From: Candidatus Krumholzibacteriia bacterium
Lineage (GTDB): Bacteria; Krumholzibacteriota; Krumholzibacteriia; WVZY01
Assembly (NCBI GenBank): GCA_046754105.1
Contig: JBHHVD010000020.1
Span: forward strand, 1 to 40,907
Length of the DNA stretch: 40,907 bases
Direction of reading: 5' to 3'
The position numbers and the translations under genes are program-made. Below the pieces are notes generated by a model that saw nothing but the letters and a program-made list of their open reading frames with translations, did not search any database and was not told the origin of the DNA. Positions 26,466-35,977 of the stretch are shown one piece after another. Positions within the stretch are counted from its first letter, which is position 1. The number at the start of each line of letters is the position of its first letter.

Positions 26466-28532
26466 TCACTCTCCTCTTTTTGTCAGATTGTTTTCGGTCC
26501 GATACGTCTCGAACCATTTCAAAATGTGCGCGACCTTGGCGATCAGCCGGCTGGGGCGCCGCGCGATGCCGTGCGAGGCACCCGGGATGCGTACCAGTGC
26601 GGTGTCGATGTGGCGGAGCTTCAGCGCCTGGTAGAACTGCTCGGATTCCGAGATGGGCGTTCGGTAGTCGTTCTCGCCGGTCAGGAGCATGGTCGGCGTA
26701 GTGACATTTCCCACCAGGGAAATCGGCGAGCGCTCGAGGTAGTGCTGTGGATGGTCCCACGGGAATCCCGGGAACCAGTACTTGTAGAAGAAGCTGTACA
26801 CATCCGAGGTAAGCGCGAAGCTGTACCAGTTGATTACGGGTTTCGCCACCACCGCCGCCCGGAACCGGTCCGTCTTGCCCACGATCCAGCTGCTCAACAC
26901 GCCGCCGCCGCTGCCGCCGGTGACGAAGAGGTTGTTCGCATCGATATAGCCGCGCCCGATTACCGCGTCCACTCCCGACATGAGGTCGTCGTAGTCCTCG
27001 CCCGGATAGTTATGGTGGATGAGGTTGCCGAACTCTTCGCCGTAGCTCGTGCTGCCCCGCGGGTTGGCGTAGAGCACGACGTATCCCGCCGCGGCGTACA
27101 ACTGAATCTCCGCGGCAAAACGCGCGCCGTAGTTGGAAAACGGCCCGCCGTGGATCTCCAGGATGAGCGGGTACTTCTTGTTCGTATCGAAGCCGGGCGG
27201 CTTGACGACCCAGCCCTGGACCTTGCGGCCGTCGAACGACGACTCGTACCAGATCTCTTCTACGGCACCCAGTTCCTTGTGGCCGAAGAGGTCCTGGTTG
27301 AGATCGGTGATGCGCCGCGCCTGCCGCGAGCCCCTGCGCCCGACGGCCACGTCCGCCGGTGTATCCGGCCTCGCGTGCGTGCACGCGAAACGTCCGCCCG
27401 CGGCCACGCTAAACGAACCGCCCGCGTACGGCCGCCCGATCGAGGTGCCGCCGACCCCGCCGGCAACCGTCCGCACCTTGCCGCCCAGTGATGTGTAGCC
27501 GATGTACGTGTTGCCCCGGTCGTCGTAGAGGAAATACACGCCCTTGCCGTCGCGGCCCCACGCCGGCTGCCGGACGCTGCGGTCGAGGCTCCCGGTGAGG
27601 AGCGCCGCGCCGCCTCCGTCGCGATTCATGACGTAGAGGCCGCGGACCTGGTAGCCCTGCTGCCGGTCGTCGAACCCGACGTACGCGATGCGCTTTCCGT
27701 CGGGTGACACGACGGGGCTCGCGTCGGGACCGGCGCGGCCGGTCAGCGCCTTGATCGAGCCGTCCACCACCGACACTTCGTACACTTCCGAGTTGAGGGG
27801 ATCGTACTCCCAGTCGTCGTGGCGGTTGGCCGAGAAGACGAGCGCCTCCCCGTCCGGTGTCCACGACGGTGGGCCGCGGTGATGGAACTCGCCCGTTGTG
27901 AGCTGGCGCGGCGTGCCGCCGTCTGCGGGCAGGACGAAGAGCTGCGTGTATCCGTCTTTTAGGTAACCGGCTCCGTCGAGGCGGTAATTCAGCTTCTGGA
28001 TCACCTTCGCGGGCTTCGCCCATTCCGCCCCCTCGGGTTTGGGCGGCATGTCCGCCAACGGTTTCACCTGCTCGCGCACCCGCATCGAAAAGGCGATCCA
28101 GCGGCCGTCGGGTGACCACGCGATACCCCCCGGCGGGCTGGTGAGGTTGCTGAGCTTCGCGGTCTGCCCGGTGTCCATCCACCGCAGGTAGAGCTGACTG
28201 GAGCCGTCTTCCGATGAGACGTAGAGGACGCGGGTGCCGTCCGGCGACCAGCGCGGAGCCTTGTCATTCCGCTTGCCGGTGGTGAGCGGCCGGTGGCGCG
28301 ATCCGTCGTAGCCGACGATCCACAAGTTGGATCGCCGGCGGTCCTTCATGATATCCATGAAGTTGCGGACGTAGACGACGGTCTTGCCGTCGGGCGAAAT
28401 GCGCGGGTCACTGGCGTATTCCAGCTGGAATACGTCGATCGGCTCGAAGTGCGCGGGCTCGCCCGCGAGCGCCGGCGCCGCCGGCCCGAGCAATACGGCC
28501 ACCGCCCAGGCGGCGAGGAGTCTTGCCTTCAT
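26466..28532 (-). CDS. S9 family peptidase (acylaminoacyl-peptidase-like), secreted
   Basis: Signal peptide, WSPDG propeller repeats, IHGGP, GGSGGG nucleophile, DYRTP, ASHG; ATG 28532 with AAGGAG RBS. Confidence 0.93.
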   Translation of the reverse strand: MKARLLAAWAVAVLLGPAAPALAGEPAHFEPIDVFQLEYASDPRISPDGKTVVYVRNFMDIMKDRRRSNLWIVGYDGSRHRPLTTGKRNDKAPRWSPDGTRVLYVSSEDGSSQLYLRWMDTGQTAKLSNLTSPPGGIAWSPDGRWIAFSMRVREQVKPLADMPPKPEGAEWAKPAKVIQKLNYRLDGAGYLKDGYTQLFVLPADGGTPRQLTTGEFHHRGPPSWTPDGEALVFSANRHDDWEYDPLNSEVYEVSVVDGSIKALTGRAGPDASPVVSPDGKRIAYVGFDDRQQGYQVRGLYVMNRDGGGAALLTGSLDRSVRQPAWGRDGKGVYFLYDDRGNTYIGYTSLGGKVRTVAGGVGGTSIGRPYAGGSFSVAAGGRFACTHARPDTPADVAVGRRGSRQARRITDLNQDLFGHKELGAVEEIWYESSFDGRKVQGWVVKPPGFDTNKKYPLILEIHGGPFSNYGARFAAEIQLYAAAGYVVLYANPRGSTSYGEEFGNLIHHNYPGEDYDDLMSGVDAVIGRGYIDANNLFVTGGSGGGVLSSWIVGKTDRFRAAVVAKPVINWYSFALTSDVYSFFYKYWFPGFPWDHPQHYLERSPISLVGNVTTPTMLLTGENDYRTPISESEQFYQALKLRHIDTALVRIPGASHGIARRPSRLIAKVAHILKWFETYRTENNLTKRGE

Positions 28533-28778
28533 GCGTCTTCTCCTTTGTCTTCGATCGTGCGGCGTGGGCGCGCCGCTGCCAGTGGGCTGCGTGGGGGAGG
28601 GGGTTCTCATGCTCAGACAGTCCACGGCGCGCGAGCCTCGTGCGCGTTAGGGGCGGCGTTGCGCGCCTGCGCACTGCTCCGCAGCATTTCGCTCGTTGTG
28701 TCTCACTGTCGGAGCTCAAGAACTCGCCTGACAACCCCCGGCCCGCCGCTCTTCCCGGACTTGCGCGCGCTGCGGGGC

Positions 28779-28949
28779 TCAGTCGCTCATGCGAAGGCGG
28801 TAGACGATGAGGCCGATAATGACGACGCTCACCGCCAGGGCGGCCCATTCCGAACGCACGTCCGACTCGCCCTTAATGATATCGTGGATCGCCGCCCAAT
28901 CCGCCGCCAGTACCGCCAGCAGCCCAACGCTGAAAAAGATTTTTCTCAC
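28779..28949 (-). CDS. Small two-TM membrane protein (56 aa)
   Basis: GTG start overlaps the tnaA stop (GTGA); two hydrophobic helices flanking AAIHDIIKGE. Confidence 0.65.
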   Translation of the reverse strand: MRKIFFSVGLLAVLAADWAAIHDIIKGESDVRSEWAALAVSVVIIGLIVYRLRMSD

Positions 28950-30322
28950 ACCCCGATCTCCTGGAAGTGGCACGTGAAGTGTCGTAGCAGTTTCGGCTGG
29001 TAGGTGATACGATGGCCTCCGATGGCGTCCCTTTTTTTCGACACCTCATCGAGCACTTCGACGATGTAGTCGAAGTGGCTCTGCGTATAAACGCGCCTCG
29101 GAATGGCGAGGCGCACGAGCTCGAGTGCTGCGGGCACTTCGCTGCCGTTCTTATCGAATCTGCCGAACATGACGCTCCCCAACTCCACCGCGCGGATGCC
29201 CCCCTCGAGATATAACGAATTCACGAGGCCGATGCCCGGATAGTGCAGCGGCGGCACGTTGGGCAGAAACGCCTTCGCGTCCACGAACACGGCGTGCCCG
29301 CCGACGGGACGGACGTAGGGGATACTACGCTCGGCCATCGCTCTCGCCAGATAGGCGACGGTCGCGTGCCGGTACTCGTGATAGTCCTGTTCGAGAGCTT
29401 CCATGAGCCCCACGGACGCCGCCTCCAGGTCGCGGCCCGCCAAGCCGCCGTAGGTCGGAAAACCCTCGGTCAGTATGAGCGCGTTCTTGAAATCCTCCGC
29501 CCAGTCGTCGTCGTTGCAGACCAGAAAGCCACCGATGTTTACCAGGCCGTCTTTCTTCAGACTCATGGTAGCAGCGTCCGCGTACGAAAACGTCTCCTGC
29601 GCGATCTCGAGCAGCGTCTTGTTCTTGTAGCCCTTCTCGCGCTGCTGGATCAGATAGGCGTTCTCGGCGAAGCGGCACGCATCGATGACGAGCGGGATGC
29701 CGTGCTTGCCAAGCAGCTCCTTGACCGCGCGGAGGTTTTCCATCGACACCGGCTGGCCGCCGCCGGTGTTATTGGTAATCGTTATCATGCAAAACGGTAT
29801 CTTGCTCACACCGTGCTCCGCGATGCAGCGCTCGAGCCTCTGGATATCCATGTTGCCCTTGAAGGGCGCCTCGAGTGTGTTATCGAGCCCCTCTTCGGTC
29901 AGCAGATCGATCGCCGCCGCGCCGGCGAATTCCATGTTGGCGCGCGTCGTGTCGAAGTGGCTGTTGTTGGGAATGACATCGCCGCGTTTTACTCGTGTCG
30001 AGGCCAGGATGGCCTCCGCCGCCCGCCCCTGGTGCGTGGGAAAGACGTGACGGATGCCCGTAATCTTCTTGATCGTCGATTCGAATTTCTTCCACGAACG
30101 GCTGCCGGCGTAGCTCTCGTCACCGAGCATGATCGCAGCCCACTGTTGTGTGGACATCGCCCCGGTGCCACTGTCGGTCAACAGGTCGATGCAGCAATCT
30201 TCAGCGTCCAACAGGAATACATTGTTGTGCGCCCGCTTCAACGCCGCCGCCCGCTCATCCCGCGTCGTCAACTTGAAAGGCTCGGTAACCTTGATTCGAA
30301 ACGGCTCTATGATGGTTCGCAT
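28946..30322 (-). CDS. tnaA: Tryptophanase (beta-eliminating lyase family)
   Basis: EPFRIK, IDLLTDSGT, PLP site MSLKKD. LRHFT and AVELGS match tryptophanase rather than tyrosine phenol-lyase (LRFFT, MERG). ATG 30322 with GGGAGG RBS. Confidence 0.88.
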   Translation of the reverse strand: MRTIIEPFRIKVTEPFKLTTRDERAAALKRAHNNVFLLDAEDCCIDLLTDSGTGAMSTQQWAAIMLGDESYAGSRSWKKFESTIKKITGIRHVFPTHQGRAAEAILASTRVKRGDVIPNNSHFDTTRANMEFAGAAAIDLLTEEGLDNTLEAPFKGNMDIQRLERCIAEHGVSKIPFCMITITNNTGGGQPVSMENLRAVKELLGKHGIPLVIDACRFAENAYLIQQREKGYKNKTLLEIAQETFSYADAATMSLKKDGLVNIGGFLVCNDDDWAEDFKNALILTEGFPTYGGLAGRDLEAASVGLMEALEQDYHEYRHATVAYLARAMAERSIPYVRPVGGHAVFVDAKAFLPNVPPLHYPGIGLVNSLYLEGGIRAVELGSVMFGRFDKNGSEVPAALELVRLAIPRRVYTQSHFDYIVEVLDEVSKKRDAIGGHRITYQPKLLRHFTCHFQEIGV

Positions 30323-30555
30323 CCGTTTATCCTCCCGCCCGTAAGTTCGGCTCCCGAGTTCCTGACGCGACGCTTGCGCCGATGAGGCGCGCCAGGCACG
30401 GAGCCCCTGCCGTAACCCGCCCCGACCCCCGGAAGCCATGCCCGCGGCGATTATAACACACCGCCTCTGCGGGCGCCGGGGGACATTTCCCCGGCGCCTG
30501 TGGTATACTGGCCGCTCTCTGGCGATTGGAACACGCATGCAAACCCGCATTCTGA

Positions 30556-31006
30556 CACGTCGCCGACGTGGACATCATCTGCACTTGTACGTCGGCCGAA
30601 AAACCGGTGCTGGCCGGAGAGTGGATCGCCGACGGGGCCCACGTAAACGCGGTCGGCGCGTGCCTGCCGAAGGCGCGCGAGCTGACGACGAGCGCCGTCG
30701 TCAAGCCGCGGCTTTTTGTCGACCGGCGTGAATCGGCGCTGGGCGAGGCGTGAATCGGCGCTGGGCGAGGCGGGCGATTTTCTCATTCCCAAAAAAGAAG
30801 GCGCAATCGACGACGGCCACATTGCCGGCGAGATCGGTGAGGTCCTTACGGGCAAGGTCCCTGCGCGGCAGTCCGCCGGCGAGATCACCCTGTTCAAGTC
30901 TCTGGGTATCGGGGCCGAGGATCTTGCCGCAGCGCATTATCTGTATGAAAAGGCAGCCCGCACCAGGACCGGTGTCGCCGTCGATTTCGGGGGCGGACGC
31001 GGGTGA
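30556..31006 (+). pseudogene. Ornithine cyclodeaminase / mu-crystallin family remnant
   Basis: DIICTCTS, GAHVNAVGA and ITLFKSLGIGAEDLAAA split over two frames by a 22-bp duplication; N-terminal part and a proper start are absent. Confidence 0.85.
30725..30772 (+). repeat. 22-bp tandem duplication
   Basis: GGCGTGAATCGGCGCTGGGCGA x2 followed by GGCG. Confidence 0.97.
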
Positions 31007-31111
31007 GACCGGTCAACGCGCCGACCGTCGATGACATCCGCGAGGCGCGCCGGCGCGGGCAACATACGGGCGGTACCGCCGCCGGAGGCCGACGGCACTC
31101 GCCCGGCGGCG

Positions 31112-31597
31112 TCACTCCAGGCGCTTGATGATGTGCCAGCCGTACTTGCAGGTGGTCGAGTCGTAGGCGGCCATACCGATCTCGCCGACGGCCAGCGAAA
31201 AACTCGCGTCACCAAAGCCCTTGACCATGCCCGTGCGCTCGTAGACGCCCTGGCTGAGGTCTCCCGCCACGCCGGTATTCGCCATCTTGTAGATACCCGG
31301 TGGGTTGTCCGCCGAATACTCCGTGGCCAGCGCCGCGAAATCCTCGCCCGTCTTCGCCCTTTTCAAAACCTCTTCGGCCAGCTCGCGCGCCTCCTCCTGG
31401 CTTCGCGTCACCCCACCTACCGGCACGGAGCCCTTGAAGGCGATCAGGATGTGGTGGACGGTGACGTACTCCGGCTGCGCTTCCCGCGGCGGAGGTGTCG
31501 TCGAGGCCCTCTCCGTCGCCGCCTCCTCCTTCGACCCGCAGCCGGCGACAAGTACCGCCGCCAGCAGGCACACAAGTGCCGCCGATTTTTTCATCAT
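31112..31597 (-). CDS. Parvulin-type peptidyl-prolyl isomerase, lipoprotein
   Basis: Lipobox VAGC, HILI, DFAALATEYS, YGWHIIKR. Confidence 0.9.
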   Translation of the reverse strand: MMKKSAALVCLLAAVLVAGCGSKEEAATERASTTPPPREAQPEYVTVHHILIAFKGSVPVGGVTRSQEEARELAEEVLKRAKTGEDFAALATEYSADNPPGIYKMANTGVAGDLSQGVYERTGMVKGFGDASFSLAVGEIGMAAYDSTTCKYGWHIIKRLE

Positions 31598-31633
31598 TGT
31601 TATGGCTCCTCGCTGTTTTCGCTCCCCCATCCG

Positions 31634-32110
31634 TCAGGCTTCCGGTTCTCCTTGAAACCAGCTCGTCCGTGACACGAGCCATGCGATCGCAAGACCCACG
31701 AACATCGTGGGAATGCAGTAGAACGGAATAAAGAGAAACGCGATGACCGACGTCGAAGACATGTGTCCGGGCCCGTACATGGGATACCAGACCATGACGT
31801 GGGTCGTGACCATCAGGGCGAGGATACCCGCCAGGCCGCCGGCCAGCAAGGCGTAAACGCGGCGGGGCGGCATGCGCGTAGAAGCCACCTTCAGGAGCGC
31901 CAACAGGACCGCGAACGGTATGAACCCGAGCGCTGCGAGAAAGAACAGATTATCACCGGGGGCAAATTGGCGGCGGGCGATGTCCGCGCTCGCCGCGAGC
32001 GGCGAGCCACCACCCACGAACACCTCGAGGCAGAAGATGATGAGGGACGGTGTTACGAGAGCGATGGCTATCGGAATCAGGTAGTAGGCCTTCTTCATGG
32101 TCCTCGTCAT
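31634..32110 (-). CDS. Hypothetical four-TM membrane protein
   Basis: Four hydrophobic helices; ATGA overlap with upstream gene (ORF-track N-terminal extension is not credible). Confidence 0.75.
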   Translation of the reverse strand: MTRTMKKAYYLIPIAIALVTPSLIIFCLEVFVGGGSPLAASADIARRQFAPGDNLFFLAALGFIPFAVLLALLKVASTRMPPRRVYALLAGGLAGILALMVTTHVMVWYPMYGPGHMSSTSVIAFLFIPFYCIPTMFVGLAIAWLVSRTSWFQGEPEA

Positions 32111-32310
32111 TGGCGTCGCAGAACCAGCCACATGGGTCTGATCGAGCAGAGGATGGCGAGGGCGACGAACCACCAGATGCTCACCGTGAGTATGCGGGGG
32201 ATCAGCTTGACGAGTATCAACGCCACGCACGCCGCCGCAATCTGGACCATCTTTACCTCGACCAGCCCGAGCCGCTTGACGCGCTGGTTGAAAAAGTCGA
32301 CGAACAACAT
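32107..32310 (-). CDS. Small membrane protein (67 aa)
   Basis: AAGGAGG RBS 8 nt before ATG 32310; two hydrophobic helices. Confidence 0.72.
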   Translation of the reverse strand: MLFVDFFNQRVKRLGLVEVKMVQIAAACVALILVKLIPRILTVSIWWFVALAILCSIRPMWLVLRRQ

Positions 32311-32518
32311 CTCTGCCACCTCCTTCTGCTACCCTGGCTACACGTTCCCCCGGGGTCCTATTCGGGCCAATCCGAGCAAACCGCTGGCACCGCACCCCGT
32401 TCGCGGCAATCGGTACCGTTCCGTAGCCGCAGTGCAGTTGCCGGACGCCGGACGGCGTACCCACTTGACGCGCCCATCCGGACCATTCACGACCGGTCCG
32501 CGACACCCGCCAGGCCCG

Positions 32519-32872
32519 CTAGACGGCGTACTCGCGGGCCCCCTGGATGTGTAACGAGACGTAGGGCTCGTCACCAACCACCCAGCTGTCGTGACCGGGC
32601 TCGATGCAGAAGAGGTCTCCGGGGGCGAGTTCGAACTCGCTCCCGTCATCCATCTGCACCTTGATGCGTCCGGAGACGACCATGCCGACGTGCTCGATGT
32701 CGCAACTCTCCTTGCCGACCCGGGGGCCGACGTCCTCGGACCATTTCCACCCCGGGTCGTAGCTGGCCCGCCCGACGGTGATTCCCCCGATCACGACGGT
32801 CTCGAATTTCCCCTTCTCGAAAAGACGGGTCTCGTCGGGCGAGTCGAACCGTTTGATATCGATACCGTTCAT
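32519..32872 (-). CDS. Cupin domain protein
   Basis: FDSPDETR, PGWKWS, HVGMVVSG, PGHDSWVVG; AAGGAGG RBS. Confidence 0.9.
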   Translation of the reverse strand: MNGIDIKRFDSPDETRLFEKGKFETVVIGGITVGRASYDPGWKWSEDVGPRVGKESCDIEHVGMVVSGRIKVQMDDGSEFELAPGDLFCIEPGHDSWVVGDEPYVSLHIQGAREYAV

Positions 32873-33164
32873 GGGGTCCTCCTTTTGCGCCACTCTCGAT
32901 GGTACTCCCCGGGGCACGGGTTTCGAAAGGCCAATCCGCGCCCTTCCACCACCACACGTTGGTCCTATTCCGGGACCGGCCGCTTGTTTCACCACCAAAA
33001 GTTGGTCCCGCTCCGGCAGTACGCACTTTTTTCACAAGCCCGGGAAGCGATTCTTGGACAGCCTCCCGCCGGGAGTGATATCATGCGAACCGTCCGCGAG
33101 GGAAACTGAATTCGATGTCCAGTTTCCGGTAGAAGCCGTGCCGGTCACCCGCTACATTCAGTAC

Positions 33165-34220
33165 ATGTTGAACTTCTTGCCACCAACCAACGAGATGTAC
33201 GGCGCGATCGTCGCGCGGAACCGCGCCTACGACGGCGTCTTTTTTACCGCCGTGCGCACGACCGGGATCTTCTGCCGGCCCACGTGCCCGGCGAAGAAGC
33301 CGCGGCCGGAGAACGTCGAGTTTTACGCATCGGTGCGCGAGGCGCTGGCGGCCGGTTACCGGCCGTGCAAGCGCTGCCGGCCCATGCGGCCCGACGGCAG
33401 CGTACCGGAGTGGCTCGAGGGTCTCCTCGAAAAGGTTGACCGCGATCCGTCCCGGCGCTGGAAGGATGCCGACCTTCGCGGCTTGTCCATCGATCCCATT
33501 CGCGTACGGCGCTGGTTCCGCGCCCACTACGGCATGACGTTTCACGCCTACCAGCGGGCCCGCCGCCTCGGGCTGGCCATGGGCCAGATCCGGCACGGCG
33601 CCGATCTCACTTACACCGCCTACGACAACGGCTTCGAGTCGCTGAGCGGATTCCGGGACGCGTTCGCGAAGCTCTTCGGGGAGACGCCGGGCCGAAGCCG
33701 TGCGTCCGTTTGTGTCACGGTCACACGCGTGCTGACCCCGCTCGGACCCATGGTGGCAGGAGCGACGGAGGACGGGGTGTGCCTGCTGGAGTTCACCGAC
33801 CGCCGCATGCTCGAGACCCAAATCAAGCGCCTGCGAAAACTTCTGAACTGCGTCATCGCACCGGGGAGCAACCCGCACATCGCACAAGTCGATGACGAGC
33901 TCGGGCGCTACTTCGAAGGGACGCTACGGGAGTTCACGGTACCCCTCGTGGTGCCGGGAACGGAGTTCCAACGATCCGTTTGGGAGAATCTGCAGCGCGT
34001 GCCGTACGGGGAGACCGGTACCTACGATGCGATCGCGCGCGCCATCGGACGTCCCGGCGCGCAGCGCGCCGTCGGCAAGGCGAACGGCGACAACCGCCTG
34101 GCGATCATCATTCCCTGTCACCGGATCGTCCGCAGCGACGGCCGGCTATGGGGTTACGGTGGTGGTATCTGGCGCAAACGCTTTCTGATCGACCACGAGC
34201 GCAAGCACCTCGGCGGCTGA
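33165..34220 (+). CDS. ada: Bifunctional Ada: Zn-binding/AraC regulator plus O6-methylguanine-DNA methyltransferase
   Basis: CRPTC and CKRC zinc motifs, HTH with GFESLSGFR, PCHR active site. Start uncertain; ATG 33165 chosen. Confidence 0.93.
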   Translation: MLNFLPPTNEMYGAIVARNRAYDGVFFTAVRTTGIFCRPTCPAKKPRPENVEFYASVREALAAGYRPCKRCRPMRPDGSVPEWLEGLLEKVDRDPSRRWKDADLRGLSIDPIRVRRWFRAHYGMTFHAYQRARRLGLAMGQIRHGADLTYTAYDNGFESLSGFRDAFAKLFGETPGRSRASVCVTVTRVLTPLGPMVAGATEDGVCLLEFTDRRMLETQIKRLRKLLNCVIAPGSNPHIAQVDDELGRYFEGTLREFTVPLVVPGTEFQRSVWENLQRVPYGETGTYDAIARAIGRPGAQRAVGKANGDNRLAIIIPCHRIVRSDGRLWGYGGGIWRKRFLIDHERKHLGG

Positions 34221-34318
34221 GGCACCCGCGGCGCGGATTCCGCATCCGCTCGAACGTCGTCTGCGCTCGGGCGCCGCACCACGGCCACCCGCCGTCACTT
34301 CTACCCGGGCGGCCAGTG

Positions 34319-34705
34319 TCACTTGTGCCGCGGCGGCTCCCACAACTCAAGCCGGTTGCCCTCCGGGTCTGTGGCCCAACCGAAGCGGCCGTACTCGCCG
34401 TCTTCCGTCTTCTCGTCGACCTCGACTCCGGCGCTCCGGAGTTGCTCGAGAATCGCGTCGAGGTCGGCGACCCGGTAATTGATCATGAACGGCGCCGTTC
34501 CCGGCCCGAAATAGCGCGTATCCGCGGGAAAAGGCGACCACACGGTATAGCCCCACAGTTCCGGGTTCTTCGCCTCGCGCCAGCGAAACGCCACGCTGCC
34601 GTCGTCCTCGGGTTCGATCCCGAGATGCTTGTGGTACCACGCCTCGAGCTTTTTCGGATCCTGCGCCTTGAAGAAGATCCCGCCGATGCCGGTGACCCTT
34701 TCCAT
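34319..34705 (-). CDS. VOC/glyoxalase family protein
   Basis: RVTGIGGIFFK, MINYRV, DPEGNRLELWEP. Confidence 0.92.
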   Translation of the reverse strand: MERVTGIGGIFFKAQDPKKLEAWYHKHLGIEPEDDGSVAFRWREAKNPELWGYTVWSPFPADTRYFGPGTAPFMINYRVADLDAILEQLRSAGVEVDEKTEDGEYGRFGWATDPEGNRLELWEPPRHK

Positions 34706-34792
34706 ATGCTTCTCCTCTCGCTTTGGGGGTGGCCATCTCCACGCCGGCCGCCGCCCGGTGCGCCGCGCAATAACCTCGCCGTAGCCGCCGGC

Positions 34793-35314
34793 CTATGCTT
34801 CGAACGTTCGCAGCAGTTCGGTAATCTGGGCGAGATGATGATCGTCGTGCTCCGCGACGAAGAACGCCAGGTCGAGCACGCGCATCGGGGTCTCGAGACG
34901 CGGGTGCAGCGCCGTGCGCAGAAATTGCTCTTCGCCGTACTTCTCGAGACGCCCGACCATCTCCCTGCGGATCGACCGGAACGCCCCGGTCACGTCATCG
35001 ATCGAGGCCGCGTTGTGACCCGCTTCGTGGGTTTTCTTGTTCGTCAGATCCGCGGGTCGCAGCGTTTCCCTGCCGGCGTCGAAGTCCTCGATGCGTCCCA
35101 ACCACAAGGGTTCGAGGTCGAGCAGGTGGCCGACGTTCTCCTGTATGGACCACCGCGCCCCGTCCCGCCGCGTGAGCACCTCGGGAGAAAAGGTGGCGAT
35201 GCGGTTCTCGATACGGGCGGGCGTGCCCCGCAGCCGCTCTATGATATTGGGAAACATCCACGCCGGAAGATCGAACGAAAACGTACGGCTGAACCACTCC
35301 ATTCTGGCGACCAT
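34793..35314 (-). CDS. DinB/YfiT family protein
   Basis: WSIQENVGHL, HPRL, AEHDDHHL; ATG 35314 with AAGGAG RBS. Confidence 0.9.
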   Translation of the reverse strand: MVARMEWFSRTFSFDLPAWMFPNIIERLRGTPARIENRIATFSPEVLTRRDGARWSIQENVGHLLDLEPLWLGRIEDFDAGRETLRPADLTNKKTHEAGHNAASIDDVTGAFRSIRREMVGRLEKYGEEQFLRTALHPRLETPMRVLDLAFFVAEHDDHHLAQITELLRTFEA

Positions 35315-35606
35315 GTCATTCTCCTTCGACGGCCCGCCTGTTACGCGGCCACAGCGTGTCCCCATCGCGAGCCCTGCAGCCACCGCCCTGCGCCGCCGGG
35401 CGGGCGTCACTCGGGCAGCAGCGGCATCGTAAGACGCAGGATGAACGGCCCGACGCAATCGGGGACGAATACGATTATCGAGTTGGTACGGTAGCGCGTC
35501 GAGGCCCGGTCTATGAGAAACACGCGCGCGTACAAGAGCAGTATAACGATGATCGCGATGATGAACAATTTGATAATGTTCGAGAGACTCTGCGGCCCGA
35601 TGCCGG

Positions 35607-35946
35607 TCAGCCGACCGTCAGCTCGCAGAAAACGCTAGACTCATCGACCTCCTGGATACGCAGCGTACCCGCGAACTCCGTCAGCAGACGCCTGAACTCC
35701 TCCGGGCCCACCGTGGTGGCCCGGAAACCGTCACGGCATACGATCACTCCGTCACCTGTGGCCTCCTCGTCGATTTCTCCGGGGAGCCCGCGTCCCGACT
35801 GCAGGCGGAGGCCGGTCTCCGGCGTGTGTTTTCTCCGCCACGTACTGGATTTCCGCCTCGAAATAACGTTGAACCCTGGGAGGGGCAACCTCGTAGCACA
35901 GCCGCAGGCGCTCGGCGGAGAGGTTTTTCGAATAGTAGCCGTGCAT
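35607..35946 (-). pseudogene. Internally deleted, frameshifted gene, probably a class I SAM-dependent methyltransferase
   Basis: Protein-like N-terminus MHGYYSKNLSAERLRLCYEVAPPRVQRYFEAEI...AGDR joined out of frame near 35811 to a protein-like C-terminus RLQS...GEIDEEATGDGVIVCRDGFRATTV. No GxGxG core. Family assignment is from recall. Confidence 0.65.
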
Positions 35947-35977
35947 CGCACTCCGGGTGACGGCGCCCCAACGAACG

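Noticed and set aside
30323..30455. TnaC-like leader peptide upstream of tnaA
   Set aside because: The upstream ATG is in frame with tnaA; no short Trp-containing ORF ending Pro-stop was seen after the TGnTATAAT element at 30450-30458.
30725..30772. CRISPR repeat
   Set aside because: Two adjacent copies with no spacer, inside a coding remnant; no cas genes.
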